Positions 1-15,825 are shown, counted from the first letter of the stretch. The stretch is DNA of 64,000 nucleotides from Eledone cirrhosa (GCA_964016885.1 OZ024756.1:6448001-6512000), one strand, 5' to 3'. The notes: generated by a model from the letters alone, not told the origin. Numbers and translations: made by a program.

Positions 1-3000
1 CTATTGACCACCTCCCTTCCATCGCCCCCTATTGAACACCTCCCCTCCATCGCCTCCTATTAAACACCTCCCCTCCATCGCCTCCTATTAAACACCTCCC
101 CTCCATCGCCTCCTATTAAACACCTCCCTTCCATCGCCCCCTATTGACCACCTCCCTTCCATCGCCCCCTATTGAACACCTCCCCTCCATCGCCTCCTAT
201 TAAACACCTCCCCTCCATCGCCTCCTATTAAACACCTCCCCTCCATCGCCCCCTATTGAACACCTCCCCTCCATCGCCACCTATTGAACACCTCCCCTCC
301 ATCGCCACCTATTTAACACCTCCCCTCCATCGCCTCCTATTGAACACCTCCCTTCCATCGCCTCCTATTGAACACCTCCCCTCCATCGCCACCTATTGAA
401 CACCTCCCCTCCATCGCCACCTATTGAACACCTCCCCTCCATCGCCTCCTATTGAACACCTCCCCTCCATCGCCTCCTATTGAACACCTCCCCTCCATCG
501 CCTCCTATTGAACACCTCCCCTCCATCGCCTCCTATTGAACACCTCCCCTCCATCGCCTCCTATTGAATACCTCCCCTCCATCGCCTCCTATTAAACACC
601 TCCCCTCCATCGCCACCTATTCAACACCTCCCCTCCATCGCCTCCTATTGAACACCTCCCCTCCATCGCCACCTATTAAACACCTCCCCTCCATCGCCAC
701 CTATTGAACACCTTCCCCTCCATCGCCACCTATTTAACACCTCCCCTCCATCGCCACCTATTCAACACCTCCCCTCCATCGCCACCTATTGAACACCTTC
801 CCCTCCATCGCCACCTATTTAACACCTCCCCTCCATCGCCACCTATTGAACACCTCCCCTCCATCGCCACCTATTGAACACCTTCCCCTCCATCGCCACC
901 TATTTAACACCTCCCCTCCATCGCCTCCTATTGAACACCTCCCCTCCATCGCCTCCTATTGAATACCTCCCCTCCATCGCCTCCTATTAAACACCTCCCC
1001 TCCATCGCCACCTATTCAACACCTCCCCTCCATCGCCTCCTATTGAACACCTCCCCTCCATCGCCACCTATTTAACACCTCCCCTCCATCGCCTCCTATT
1101 CAACACCTCCCCTCCATCGCCACCTATTGAACACCTCCCCTCCATCGCCACCTATTCAACACCTCCCTTCCATCGCCACCTATTCAACACCTTCCCCTCC
1201 ATCGCCACCTATTGAACACCTTCCCCTCCATCGCCACCTATTTAACACCTCCCCTCCATCGCCACCTATTCAACACCTCCCCTCCATCGCCTCCTATTGA
1301 ACACCTCCCCTCCATCGCCACCTATTAAACACCTCCCCTCCATCGCCACCTATTTAACACCTCCCCTCCATCGCCTCCTATTAAACACCTCCCCTCCATC
1401 GCCTCCTATTGAACACCTCCCCTCCATCGCCACCTATTAAACACCTCCCCTCCATCGCCTCCTATTCAACACCTCCCCTCCATCGCCTCCTATTAAACAC
1501 CTCCCCTCCATCGCCACCTATTAAACACCTCCCCTCCATCGCCTCCTATTCAACACCTCCCCTCCATCGCCTCCTATTAAACACCTCCCCTCCATCGCCT
1601 CCTATTGAACACCTCCCCTCCATCGCCACCTATTAAACACCTCCCCTCCATCGCCACCTATTCAACACCACCCCTCCATCGCCTCCTATTGAACACCTCC
1701 CCTCCATCGCCTCCTATTAAACACCTCCCCTCCATCGCCACCTATTCAACACCTCCCCTCCATCGCCTCCTATTGAACACCTCCCCTCCATCGCCTCCTA
1801 TTAAACACCTCCCCTCCATCGCCACCTATTCAACACCTCCCCTCCATCGCCACCTATTCAACACCTCCCCTCCATCGCCTCCTATTGAACACGTTCCCCT
1901 CCATCGCCTCCTATTAAACACCTCCCCTCCATCGCCTCCTATTAAACACCTCCCCTCCATCGCCTCCTATTGAACACCTTCCCCTCCATCGCCACCTATT
2001 GAACACCTCCCTTCCATCGCCACCTATTGAACACCTCCCCTCCATCGCCACCTATTGAACACCTCCCCTCCATCGCCTCCTATTGAACACCTCCCCTCCA
2101 TCGCCTCCTATTGAACACCTCCCCTCCATCGCCACCTATTGAACACCTCCCCTCCATCGCCACCTATTGAACACCTCCCCTCCATCGCCACCTATTGAAC
2201 ACCTCCCCTCCATCGCCTCCTATTGAACACGTTCCCCTCCATCGCCACCTATTGAACACCTCCCTTCCATCGCCTCCTATTAAACACCTCCCCTCCATCG
2301 CCTCCTATTGAACACCTCCCCTCCATCGCCTCCTATTGAACACCTCCCCTCCATCGGCACCTATTGAACACGTTCCCCTCCATCGCCACCTATTGAACAC
2401 CTCCCTTCCATCGCCTCCTATTAAACACCTCCCCTCCATCGCCTCCTATTGAACACCTCCCCTCCATCGCCTCCTATTGAACACCTCCCCTCCATCGCCA
2501 CCTATTGAACACGTTCCCCTCCATCGCCTCCTATTAAACACCTCCCCTCCATCGCCTCCTATTGAACACCTCCCCTCCATCGCCTCCTATTGAACACCTC
2601 CCCTCCATCGCCACCTATTGAACACGTTCCCCTCCATCGCCACCTATTGAACACCTCCCTTCCATCGCCTCCTATTAAACACCTCCCCTCCATCGCCTCC
2701 TATTGAACACCTCCCCTCCATCGCCTCCTATTGAACACCTCCCCTCCATCGCCACCTATTGAACACGTTCCCCTCCATCGCCTCCTATTAAACACCTCCC
2801 CTCCATCGCCTCCTATTGAACACCTCCCCTCCATCGCCACCTATTGAACACGTTCCCCTCCATCGCCACCTATTGAACACCTCCCTTCCATCGCCTCCTA
2901 TTGAACACCTCCCCTCCATCGCCACCTATTGAACACCTCCCCTCCATCGCCACCTATTGAACACGTTCCCCTCCATCGCCACCTATTGAACACCTCCTTC

Positions 3001-6000
3001 CATCGCCATCTATTGAACACCTCCCCTCCATCGCCACCTATTGTACACCTCCCCTCCATCGCCACCTATTGAACACGTTCCCCTCCATCGCCTCCTATTA
3101 AACACCTCCCTTCCATCGCCTCCTATTGAACACCTCCCCTCCATCGCCACCTATTGAACACGTTCCCCTCCATCGCCTCCTATTAAACACCTCCCCTCCA
3201 TCGCCACCTATTGAACACCTCCCTTCCATCGCCACCTATTAAACACCTCCCTTCCATCGCCACCTATTGAACACCTCCCTTCCATCGCCACCTATTGAAC
3301 ACCTCCCTTCCATCGCCACCTATTGAACACCTCCCTTCCATCGCCACCTATTGAACACGTTCCCCTCCATCGCCTCCTATTAAACACCTCCCCTCCATCG
3401 CCACCTATTGAACACCTCCCTTCCATCGCCACCTATTTAACACCTCCCCTCCATCGCCTCCTATTAAACACCTCCCTTCCATCGCCACCTATTAAACACC
3501 TCCCTTCCATCGCCACCTATTGAACACCTCCCTTCCATCGCCACCTATTGAACACCTCCCTTCCATCGCCACCTATTGAACACCTCCCTTCCATCGCCAC
3601 CTATTGAACACCTCCCTTCCATCGCCACCTATTGAACACGTTCCCCTCCATCGCCTCCTATTAAACACCTCCCCTCCATCGCCACCTATTGAACACCTCC
3701 CTTCCATCGCCACCTATTTAACACCTCCCCTCCATCGCCTCCTATTAAACACCTCCCTTCCATCGCCACCTATTAAACACCTCCCTTCCATCGCCACCTA
3801 TTGAACACCTCCCTTCCATCGCCACCTATTGAACACCTCCCTTCCATCGCCACCTATTGACCACCTCCCTTCCATCGCCACCTATTGAACACCTCCCTTC
3901 CATCGCCACCTATTGAACACGTTCCCCTCCATCGCCTCCTATTAAACACCTCCCCTCCATCGCCACCTATTGAACACCTCCCTTCCATCGCCACCTATTT
4001 AACACCTCCCCTCCATCGCCACCTATTAAACACCTCCCTTCCATCGCCACCTATTGAACACCTCCCTTCCATCGCCACCTATTGAACACCTCCCTTCCAT
4101 CGCCACCTATTGAACACCTCCCTTCCATCGCCACCTATTGAACACCTCCCTTCCATCGCCACCTATTGAACACCTCCCTTCCATCGCCACCTATTGAACA
4201 CGTTCCCCTCCATCGCCTCCTATTAAACACCTCCCCTCCATCGCCACCTATTGAACACCTCCCTTCCATCGCCACCTATTTAACACCTCCCCTCCATCGC
4301 CTCCTATTAAACACCTCCCTTCCATCGCCACCTATTAAACACCTCCCTTCCATCGCCACCTATTGAACACCTCCCTTCCATCGCCACCTATTGAACACCT
4401 CCCTTCCATCGCCACCTATTGAACACCTCCCTTCCATCGCCACCTATTGAACACCTCCCTTCCATCGCCACCTATTGAACACGTTCCCCTCCATCGCCTC
4501 CTATTAAACACCTCCCCTCCATCGCCACCTATTGAACACCTCCCTTCCATCGGCACCTATTTAACACCTCCCCTCCATCGCCTCCTATTAAACACCTCCC
4601 TTCCATCGCCACCTATTAAACACCTCCCTTCCATCGCCACCTATTGAACACCTCCCTTCCATCGCCACATATTGAACACCTCCCTTCCATCGCCTCCTAT
4701 TGAACACCTCCCCTCCATCGCCACCTATTGAACACGTTCCCCTCCATCGCCTCCTATTAAACACCTCCCCTCCATCGCCACCTATTGAACACCTCCCTTC
4801 CATCGCCACCTATTTAACACCTCCCCTCCATCGCCTCCTATTAAACACCTCCCTTCCATCGCCACCTATTAAACACCTCCCTTCCATCGCCACCTATTGA
4901 ACACCTCCCTTCCATCGCCACCTATTGAACACCTCCCTTCCATCGCCACCTATTGAACACCTCCCTTCCATCGCCACCTATTGAACACCTTCCCCTCCAT
5001 CGCCACCTATTTAACACCTCCCCTCCATCGCCACCTATTGAACACCTCCCCTCCATCGCCACCTATTAAACACCTCCCTTCCATCGCCACCTATTGAACA
5101 CCTCCCTTCCATCGCCACCTATTGAACACCTCCCTTCCATCGCCACCTATTGAACACCTCCCTTCCATCGCCACCTATTTAACACCTCCCCTCCATCGCC
5201 ACCTATTGAACACCTCCCCTCCATCGCCTCCTATTTAACACCTCCCTTCCATCGCCACCTATTGAACACCTCCCTTCCATCGCCACCTATTAAACACCTC
5301 CCCTCCATCGCCACCTATTTAACACCTCCCCTCCATCGCCACCTATTTAACACCTCCCCTCCATCGCCACCTATTGAACACCTCCCCTCCATCGCCACCT
5401 ATTAAACACCTCCCTTCCATCGCCACCTATTAAACACCTCCCCTCCATCGCCACCTATTTAACACCTCCCCTCCATCGCCACCTATTGAACACCTCCCCT
5501 CCATCGCCTCCTATTTAACACCTCCCCTCCATCGCCTCCTATTTAACACCTCCCCTCCATCGCCTCCTATTAAACACCTCCCTTCCATCGCCACCTATTG
5601 AACACGTTCCCCTCCATCGCCTCCTATTTAACACCTCCCCTCCATCGCCACCTATTGAACACGTTCCCCTCCATCGCCTCCTATTGAACACCTTCCCCTC
5701 CATCGCCTCCTATTGAACACCTCCCCTCCATCGCCTCCTATTTAACACCTCCCCTCCATCGCCACCTATTGAACACGTTCCCCTCCATCGCCTCCTATTA
5801 AACACGTCCCTTCCATCGCCACCTATTGAACACCTTCCCCTCCATCGCCACCTATTGAACACCTCCCTTCCATCGCCTCCTATTGAACACCTCCCCTCCA
5901 TCGCCACCTATTGAACACCTTCCCTCCATCGCCTCCTATTGAACACGTTCCCCTCCATCGCCTCCTATTGAACACCTCCCCTCCATCGCCTCCTATTGAA

Positions 6001-9000
6001 CACCTCCCCTCCATCGCCTCCTATTGAACACCTTCCCCTCCATCGCCTCCTATTTAACACCTCCCCTCCATCGCCTCCTATTGAACACCTTCCCCTCCAT
6101 CGCCTCCTATTGAACACCTCCCCTCCATCGCCTCCTATTGAACACCTGCCCCTCCATCGCCACCTATTTAACACCTCCCCTCCATCGCCTCCTATTGAAC
6201 ACCTCCCCTCCATCGCCTCCTATTAAACACCTCCCCTCCATCGCCACCTATTGAACACCTCCCCTCCATCGCCACCTATTGAACACCTCCCCTCCATCGC
6301 CACCTATTGAACACCTCCCTTCCATCGCCACCTATTGAACACGTTCACCTCCATCGCCTGCTATTAAACACCTCCCCTCCATCGCCTCCTATTGAACACC
6401 TCCCCTCCATCGCCACCTATTGAACACCTCCCCTCCATCGCCACCTATTGAACACGTTCCCCTCCATCGCCTCCTATTAAACACCTCCCCTCCATCGCCA
6501 CCTATTTAACACCTCCCCTCCATCGCCACCTATTTAACACCTCCCCTCCATCGCCTCCTATTGAACACCTCCCCTCCATCGCCTCCTATTAAACACCTCC
6601 CCTCCATCGCCACCTATTGAACACCTCCCCTCCATCGCCACCTATTGAACACCTCCCCTCCATCGCCACCTATTGAACACCTCCCCTCCATCGCCTCCTA
6701 TTGAACACCTCCCCTCCATCGCCTCCTATTGAACACCTCCCCTCCATCGCCTCCTATTAAACACCTCCCCTCCATCGCCTCCTATTGAACACCTCCCCTC
6801 AGTCGCCTCCTATTAAACACCTCCCCTCCATCGCCTCCTATTGAACACCTCCCCTCCATCGCCTCCTATTAAACACCTCCCCTCCATCGCCTCCTATTAA
6901 ACACCTCCCTTCCATCGCCTCCTATTGAACACCTCCCCTCAGTCGCCTCCTATTAAACACCTCCCCTCCATCGCCTCCTATTGAACACCTCCCCTCCATC
7001 GCCACCTATTGAACACCTCCCCTCCATCGCCACCTATTGAACACCTCCCCTCCATCGCCTCCTATTAAACACCTCCCCTCCATCGCCTCCTATTAAACAC
7101 CTGCCTTCCATCGCCTCCTATTGAACACCTCCCTTCCATCGCCACCTATTGAACACCTCCCTTCCATCGCCACCTATTTAACACCTCCCCTCCATCGCCT
7201 CCTATTAAACACCTCCCTTCCATCGCCACCTATTAAACACCTCCCTTCCATCGCCACCTATTGAACACCTCCCTTCCATCGCCACCTATTGAACACCTCC
7301 CTTCCATCGCCACCTATTGAACACCTCCCTTCCATCGCCACCTATTGAACACGTTCCCCTCCATCGCCTCCTATTAAACACCTCCCCTCCATCGCCACCT
7401 ATTGAACACCTCCCTTCCATCGGCACCTATTTAACACCTCCCCTCCATCGCCTCCTATTAAACACCTCCCTTCCATCGCCACCTATTAAACACCTCCCTT
7501 CCATCGCCACCTATTGAACACCTCCCTTCCATCGCCACATATTGAACACCTCCCCTCCATCGCCACCTATTGAACACGTTCCCCTCCATCGCCTCCTATT
7601 AAACACCTCCCCTCCATCGCCACCTATTGAACACCTCCCTTCCATCGCCACCTATTTAACACCTCCCCTCCATCGCCTCCTATTAAACACCTCCCTTCCA
7701 TCGCCACCTATTGAACACCTCCCTTCCATCGCCACCTATTGAACACCTCCCTTCCATCGCCACCTATTGAACACCTCCCTTCCATCGCCACCTATTGAAC
7801 ACCTTCCCCTCCATCGCCACCTATTTAACACCTCCCCTCCATCGCCACCTATTGAACACCTCCCCTCCATCGCCACCTATTAAACACCTCCCTTCCATCG
7901 CCACCTATTGAACACCTCCCTTCCATCGCCACCTATTGAACACCTCCCTTCCATCGCCACCTATTGAACACCTCCCTTCCATCGCCACCTATTAAACACC
8001 TCCCCTCCATCGCCACCTATTTAACACCTCCCCTCCATCGCCACCTATTGAACACCTCCCCTCCATCGCCTCCTATTTAACACCTCCCTTCCATCGCCAC
8101 CTATTGAACACCTCCCTTCCATCGCCACCTATTAAACACCTCCCCTCCATCGCCACCTATTTAACACCTCCCCTCCATCGCCACCTATTTAACACCTCCC
8201 CTCCATCGCCACCTATTGAACACCTCCCCTCCATCGCCACCTATTAAACACCTCCCTTCCATCGCCACCTATTAAACACCTCCCCTCCATCGCCACCTAT
8301 TTAACACCTCCCCTCCATCGCCACCTATTGAACACCTCCCCTCCATCGCCTCCTATTTAACACCTCCCCTCCATCGCCTCCTATTTAACACCTCCCCTCC
8401 ATCGCCTCCTATTAAACACCTCCCTTCCATCGCCACCTATTGAACACGTTCCCCTCCATCGCCTCCTATTTAACACCTCCCCTCCATCGCCACCTATTGA
8501 ACACGTTCCCCTCCATCGCCTCCTATTGAACACCTTCCCCTCCATCGCCTCCTATTGAACACCTCCCCTCCATCGCCTCCTATTTAACACCTCCCCTCCA
8601 TCGCCACCTATTGAACACGTTCCCCTCCATCGCCTCCTATTAAACACGTCCCTTCCATCGCCACCTATTGAACACCTTCCCCTCCATCGCCACCTATTGA
8701 ACACCTCCCTTCCATCGCCTCCTATTGAACACCTCCCCTCCATCGCCACCTATTGAACACCTTCCCTCCATCGCCTCCTATTGAACACGTTCCCCTCCAT
8801 CGCCTCCTATTGAACACCTCCCCTCCATCGCCTCCTATTGAACACCTCCCCTCCATCGCCTCCTATTGAACACCTTCCCCTCCATCGCCTCCTATTTAAC
8901 ACCTCCCCTCCATCGCCTCCTATTGAACACCTTCCCCTCCATCGCCTCCTATTGAACACCTCCCCTCCATCGCCTCCTATTGAACACCTGCCCCTCCATC

Positions 9001-12000
9001 GCCACCTATTTAACACCTCCCCTCCATCGCCTCCTATTGAACACCTCCCCTCCATCGCCTCCTATTAAACACCTCCCCTCCATCGCCACCTATTGAACAC
9101 CTCCCCTCCATCGCCACCTATTGAACACCTCCCCTCCATCGCCACCTATTGAACACCTCCCTTCCATCGCCACCTATTGAACACGTTCACCTCCATCGCC
9201 TGCTATTAAACACCTCCCCTCCATCGCCTCCTATTGAACACCTCCCCTCCATCGCCACCTATTGAACACCTCCCCTCCATCGCCACCTATTGAACACGTT
9301 CCCCTCCATCGCCTCCTATTAAACACCTCCCCTCCATCGCCACCTATTTAACACCTCCCCTCCATCGCCACCTATTTAACACCTCCCCTCCATCGCCTCC
9401 TATTGAACACCTCCCCTCCATCGCCTCCTATTAAACACCTCCCCTCCATCGCCACCTATTGAACACCTCCCCTCCATCGCCACCTATTGAACACCTCCCC
9501 TCCATCGCCACCTATTGAACACCTCCCCTCCATCGCCTCCTATTGAACACCTCCCCTCCATCGCCTCCTATTGAACACCTCCCCTCCATCGCCTCCTATT
9601 AAACACCTCCCCTCCATCGCCTCCTATTGAACACCTCCCCTCAGTCGCCTCCTATTAAACACCTCCCCTCCATCGCCTCCTATTGAACACCTCCCCTCCA
9701 TCGCCTCCTATTAAACACCTCCCCTCCATCGCCTCCTATTAAACACCTCCCTTCCATCGCCTCCTATTGAACACCTCCCCTCAGTCGCCTCCTATTAAAC
9801 ACCTCCCCTCCATCGCCTCCTATTGAACACCTCCCCTCCATCGCCACCTATTGAACACCTCCCCTCCATCGCCACCTATTGAACACCTCCCCTCCATCGC
9901 CTCCTATTAAACACCTCCCCTCCATCGCCTCCTATTAAACACCTGCCTTCCATCGCCTCCTATTGAACACCTCCCCTCAGTCGCCTCCTATTAAACACCT
10001 CCCCTCCATCGCCTCCTATTAAACACCTCCCTTCCATCGCCACCTATTGAACACCTCCCCTCCATCGCCTCCTATTGAACACCTCCCTTCCATCGCCTCC
10101 TATTAAACACCTCCCCTCCATCGCCTCCTATTGAATACCTCCCCTCCATCGCCACCTATTGAACACCTCCCTTCCATCGCCACCTATTGAACACGTTCCC
10201 CTCCATCGCCTCCTATTAAACACCTCCCTTCCATCGCCTCCTATTGAACACCTTCCCCTCAGTCGCCTCCTATTAAACACCTCCCCTCCATCGCCTCCTA
10301 TTAAACACCTCCCCTCCATCGCCTCCTATTAAACACCTCCCTTCCATCGCCTCCTATTGAACACCTCCCCTCAGTCGCCTCCTATTAAACACCTCCCCTC
10401 CATCGCCTCCTATTAAACACCTCCCTTCCATCGCCTCCTATTGAACACCTCCCCTCCATCGCCACCTATTGAACACCTCCCTTCCATCGCCACCTATTGA
10501 ACACCTCCCCTCCATCGCCACCTATTGAACACGTTCCCCTCCATCGCCACCTATTGACCACCTCCCCTCCATCGCCTCCTATTAAACACCTCCCTTCCAT
10601 CGCCACCTATTGAACACCTCCCTTCCATCGCCACCTATTGAACACCTCCCCTCCATCGCCACCTATTGAACACGTTCCCCTCCATCGCCACCTATTGACC
10701 ACCTCCCCTCCATCGCCTCCTATTAAACACCTCCCTTCCATCGCCACCTATTGAACACCTCCCCTCCATCGCCTCCTATTGAACACCTCCCCTCCATCGC
10801 CTCCTATTAAACACCTCCCCTCCATCGCCACCTATTGAACACCTCCCCTCCATCGCCTCCTATTAAACACCTCCCTTCCATCGCCACCTATTAAACACCT
10901 CCCTTCCATCGCCTCCTTTTGAATACCTCCCCTCCATCGCCTCCTATTAAACACCTCCCTTCCATCGCCACCTATTGAACACCTCCCCTCCATCGCCTCC
11001 TATTAAACACCTCCCTTCCATCGCCACCTATTGAACACCTCCCCTCCATCGCCTCCTATTAAACACCTCCCTTCCATCGCCACCTATTGAACACCTCCCC
11101 TCCATCGCCTCCTATTAAACACCTCCCTTCCATCGCCACCTATTGAACACCTCCCCTCCATCGCCTCCTATTAAACACCTCCCTTCCATCGCCTCCTATT
11201 AAACACCTCCCTTCCATCGCCACCTATTAAACACCTCCCTTCCATCGCCACCTATTGAACACGTTCCCCTCCATCGCCTCCTATTAAACACCTCCCTTCC
11301 ATCGCCACCTATTGAACACCTCCCCTCCATCGCCTCCTATTAAACACCTCCCTTCCATCGCCACCTATTGAACACCTCCCCTCCATCGCCTCCTATTAAA
11401 CACCTCCCTTCCATCGCCACCTATTGAACACGTTCCCCTCCATCGCCTCCTATTAAACACCTCCCTTCCATCGCCACCTATTGAACACGTTCCCCTCCAT
11501 CGCCTCCTATTGAACACCTCCCTTCCATCGCCACCTATTGAACACCTCCCCTCCATCGCCACCTATTGAACACCTCCCTTCCATCGCCACCTATTGAACA
11601 CCTCCCCTCCATCGCCACCTATTGAACACCTCCCCTCCATCGCCTCCTATTCAACACCTCCCCTCCATCGCCTCCTATTGAATAACACCTCCCCTCCATC
11701 GCCACCTATTGAACACGTTCCCCTCCATCGCCTCCTATTAAACACCTCCCCTCCATCGCCACCTATTGAACACCTCCCCTCCATCGCCACCTATTGAACA
11801 CCTCCCTTCCATCGCCACCTATTGAACACCTCCCCTCCATCGCCTCCTATTGAACACCTCCCTTCCATCGCCACCTATTGAACACCTCCCCTCCATCGCC
11901 ACCTATTGAACACCTCCCCTCCATCGCCTCCTATTGAACACCTCCCCTCCATCGCCTCCTATTGAACACCTCCCCTCCATCGCCACCTATTGAACACCTC

Positions 12001-14775
12001 CCTTCCATCGCCACCTATTGAACACCTCCCCTCCATCGCCACCTATTGAACACCTCCCCTCCATCGCCACCTATTGAACACCTCCCCTCCATCGCCTCCT
12101 ATTGAACACCTCCCCTCCATCGCCTCCTATTGAACACCTCCCTTCCATCGCCACCTATTGAACACCTCCCCTCCATCGCCACCTATTGAACACCTCCCCT
12201 CCATCGCCTCCTATTGAACACCTCCCCTCCATCGCCTCCTATTGAACACCTCCCCTCCATCGCCACCTATTGAACACCTCCCCTCCATCGCCTCCTATTG
12301 AACACCTCCCCTCCATCGCCTCCTATTGAACACCTCCCTTCCATCGCCTCCTATTGAACACGTTCCCCTCCATCGCCACCTATTGAACACCTCCCCTCCA
12401 TCGCCACCTATTGAACACCTCTCCTCCATCGCCTCCTATTGAACACCTCTCCTCCATCGCCTCCTATTGAACACCTCCCCTCCATCGCCTCCTATTGAAC
12501 ACCTCCCCTCCATCGCCTCCTATTGAATACCTCCCCTCCATCGCCACCTATTGAACACGTTCCCCTCCATCGCCACCTATTGAACACGTTCCCCTCCATC
12601 GCCTCCTATTGAACACCTCCCCTCCATCGCCTCCTATTGAACACCTCCCTTCCATCGCCACCTATTTAACACCTCCCCTCCATCGCCACCTATTAAACAC
12701 CTCCCCTCCATCGCCACCTATTGAACACGTTCCCCTCCATCGCCACCTATTGAACACGTTCCCCTCCATCGCCTCCTATTGAACACGTTCCCCTCCATCG
12801 CCTCCTATTGAACACCTCCCCTCCATCGCCACCTATTGAACACGTTCCCCTCCATCGCCACCTATTGAACACCTCCCCTCCATCGCCACCTATTGAACAC
12901 CTCCCCTCCATCGCCTCCTATTGAACACCTCCCCTCCATCGCCTCCTATTAAACACCTCCCCTCCATCGCCACCTATTTAACACCTCCCCTCCATCGCCA
13001 CCTATTGAACACCTCCCCTCCATCTCCTCCTATTAAACACCTCCCCTCCATCGCCTCCTATTGAATACCTCCCCTCCATCGCCTCCTATTAAACACCTCC
13101 CCTCCATCGCCTCCTATTAAACACCTCCCCTCCATCTCCTCCTATTGAACACCTCCCCTCCATCGCCTCCTATTTAACACCTCCCCTCCATCGCCACCTA
13201 TTGAACACCTCCCTTCCATCGCCACCTATTGAACACCTCCCCTCCATCGCCACCTATTGAACACCTCCCTTCCATCGCCACCTATTGAACACCTCCCCTC
13301 CATCGCCACCTATTGAACACCTCCCCTCCATCGCCTCCTATTGAACACCTCCCTTCCATCGCCACCTATTGAACACGTTCCCCTCCATCGCCTCCTATTG
13401 AACACCTCCCCTCCATCGCCTCCTATTGAACACCTCCCCTCCATCGCCTCCTATTGAACACCTCCCCTCCATCGCCACCTATTGAACACCTCCCTTCCAT
13501 CACCACCTATTGAACACGTTCCCCTCCATCGCCTCCTATTAAACACCTCCCCTCCATCGCCTCCTATTGAACACCTCCCCTCCATCGCCACCTATTGAAC
13601 ACCTCCCTTCCATCACCACCTATTGAACACGTTCCCTTCCATCGCCTCCTATTAAACACCTCCCCTCCATCGCCACCTATTAAACACCTCCCCTCCATCG
13701 CCTCCTATTAAACACCTCCCCTCCATCGCCTCCTATTAAACACCTCCATTCCATCGCCTCCTATTAAACACCTCCCCCTCCATCGCCTCCTATTGAATAC
13801 CTCCCCTCCATCGCCACCTCCCCTCCATCGCCTCCTATTGAACACCTCCCCTCCATCGCCACCTATTGAACACCTCCCCTCCATCGCCTCCTATTGAACA
13901 CCTCCCCTCCATCGCCTCCTATTAAACACCTCCCCTCCATCGCCACCTATTTAACACCTCCCCTCCATCGCCACCTATTGAACACCTCCCCTCCATCTCC
14001 TCCTATTAAACACCTCCCCTCCATCGCCTCCTATTAAACACCTCCCCTCCATCGCCTCCTATTAAACACCTCCCCTCCATCTCCTCCTATTGAACACCTC
14101 CCCTCCATCGCCTCCTATTTAACACCTCCCCTCCATCGCCACCTATTGAACACCTCCCTTCCATCGCCACCTATTGAACACCTCCCCTCCATCGCCACCT
14201 ATTGAACACCTCCCTTCCATCGCCACCTATTGAACACCTCCCCTCCATCGCCACCTATTGAACACCTCCCCTCCATCGCCTCCTATTGAACACCTCCCTT
14301 CCATCGCCACCTATTGAACACGTTCCCCTCCATCGCCTCCTATTGAACACCTCCCCTCCATCGCCTCCTATTGAACACCTCCCCTCCATCGCCACCTATT
14401 GAACACCTCCCTTCCATCACCACCTATTGAACACGTTCCCCTCCATCGCCTCCTATTAAACACCTCCCCTCCATCGCCTCCTATTGAACACCTCCCCTCC
14501 ATCGCCACCTATTGAACACCTCCCTTCCATCACCACCTATTGAACACGTTCCCTTCCATCGCCTCCTATTAAACACCTCCCCTCCATCGCCACCTATTAA
14601 ACACCTCCCCTCCATCGCCTCCTATTAAACACCTCCCCTCCATCGCCTCCTATTAAACACCTCCATTCCATCGCCTCCTATTAAACACCTCCCCCTCCAT
14701 CGCCTCCTATTGAATACCTCCCCTCCATCGCCACCTCCCCACCATCGCCACCTATTGAACACCTTCCCCTCTACC
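1..14775. repeat. 28-bp tandem satellite, consensus CTATTGAACACCTCCCCTCCATCGCC(T/A)C, about 525 units, starting before the window
   Basis: Unit read directly. Variants include TTAAAC/TTTAAC/TTCAAC, CCCTTCC and 29-bp units (CACGTTCCCC, CACCTTCCCC). ORFs here are repeat translations. Confidence 0.98.
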
Positions 14776-15470
14776 GCCTCCTCTCACTTCCTCTCTATTA
14801 CACCCTCACTATCACCTCCTCACTATCACCCTGCTTCTATCACCTCTTGTGCAACTTCCTCCCACTTCCTTTCTATCACCTTTCTCTATTCCCCCACCCC
14901 CTATATATAAATAACTCTCTCACCCTCTCTATCTCTCTAACTACCACCCGTATACACTATATCTCCCATTCACCCACCCTGTCTCTCCATCACCCACTCA
15001 CTCACCCTCTCCTCTCTTTACATATCTATTCACTCACTCCCCCTCTCTATTTCGCACTCACTCCCCCTCTCAATATCACACTCTCACTCCCCCTCTCAAT
15101 ATCACCCACTCACTCTCCCTCTCAATATCACCCACTCACTCCCCTCTCTATCTCCCATTCTCACTCCCCCTCTCAATATCACACTCACACTCCCCCTCTC
15201 AATATCACACACTCACTCCCCCTCTATATTACTCACTCCCCCCTCTCTCTCTATTTTCACCTCAAATTTCCTTATTCCATTCACAACTCAATTATCTTCC
15301 TCCCACCACCAACATGTAGTTTTATTTGCTTTTTATCAAACTTTACCTCCCTCTACTTCCACACCCCCTCACCCCACCCCCACATATCTGACACCCCCAC
15401 TCAATACACCTTATTTTGTTTTCTAACAGCCCCCCCCCCTTCTACTTCTAATAATTTTCTTCATTAAACT
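14776..15470. repeat. C/T-rich low-complexity tract with short CTCACTCCCCCTCTCAATATCAC repeats
   Basis: Pyrimidine-rich decay zone at the satellite edge; the repeated word is at about 15055-15245. Confidence 0.8.
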
Positions 15471-15714
15471 TATTTTTTTTTTGTTTCTTTAAATTTCTTT
15501 CAATCTGAGATTTTTTAAAGTAATTTGTTTGAATTTAAAAAGCTGCACGTATACACACATTATACACACATATAATTATGCGCACATATAGTCTTTATAA
15601 ACAGTTATACACACTGAGAATTTCTACACTCAGATACACATGATTCTGTACCTTCATATACGATTAGATTTAGTTGTATACTTAACTTTATACATACATT
15701 TCCTACATAGAGAT

Positions 15715-15740
15715 AATTGCATATATATACAGATAGATGG

Positions 15741-15783
<43 letters not shown>

Positions 15784-15825
15784 CACACACAGATGTATAT
15801 ATATATATATATACACACACACGCA

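Noticed and set aside
1409-11797. Pro/Ser-rich ORFs in the satellite
   Set aside because: The 28-bp unit is not a multiple of three, and stops are frequent; the ORFs are by-products.
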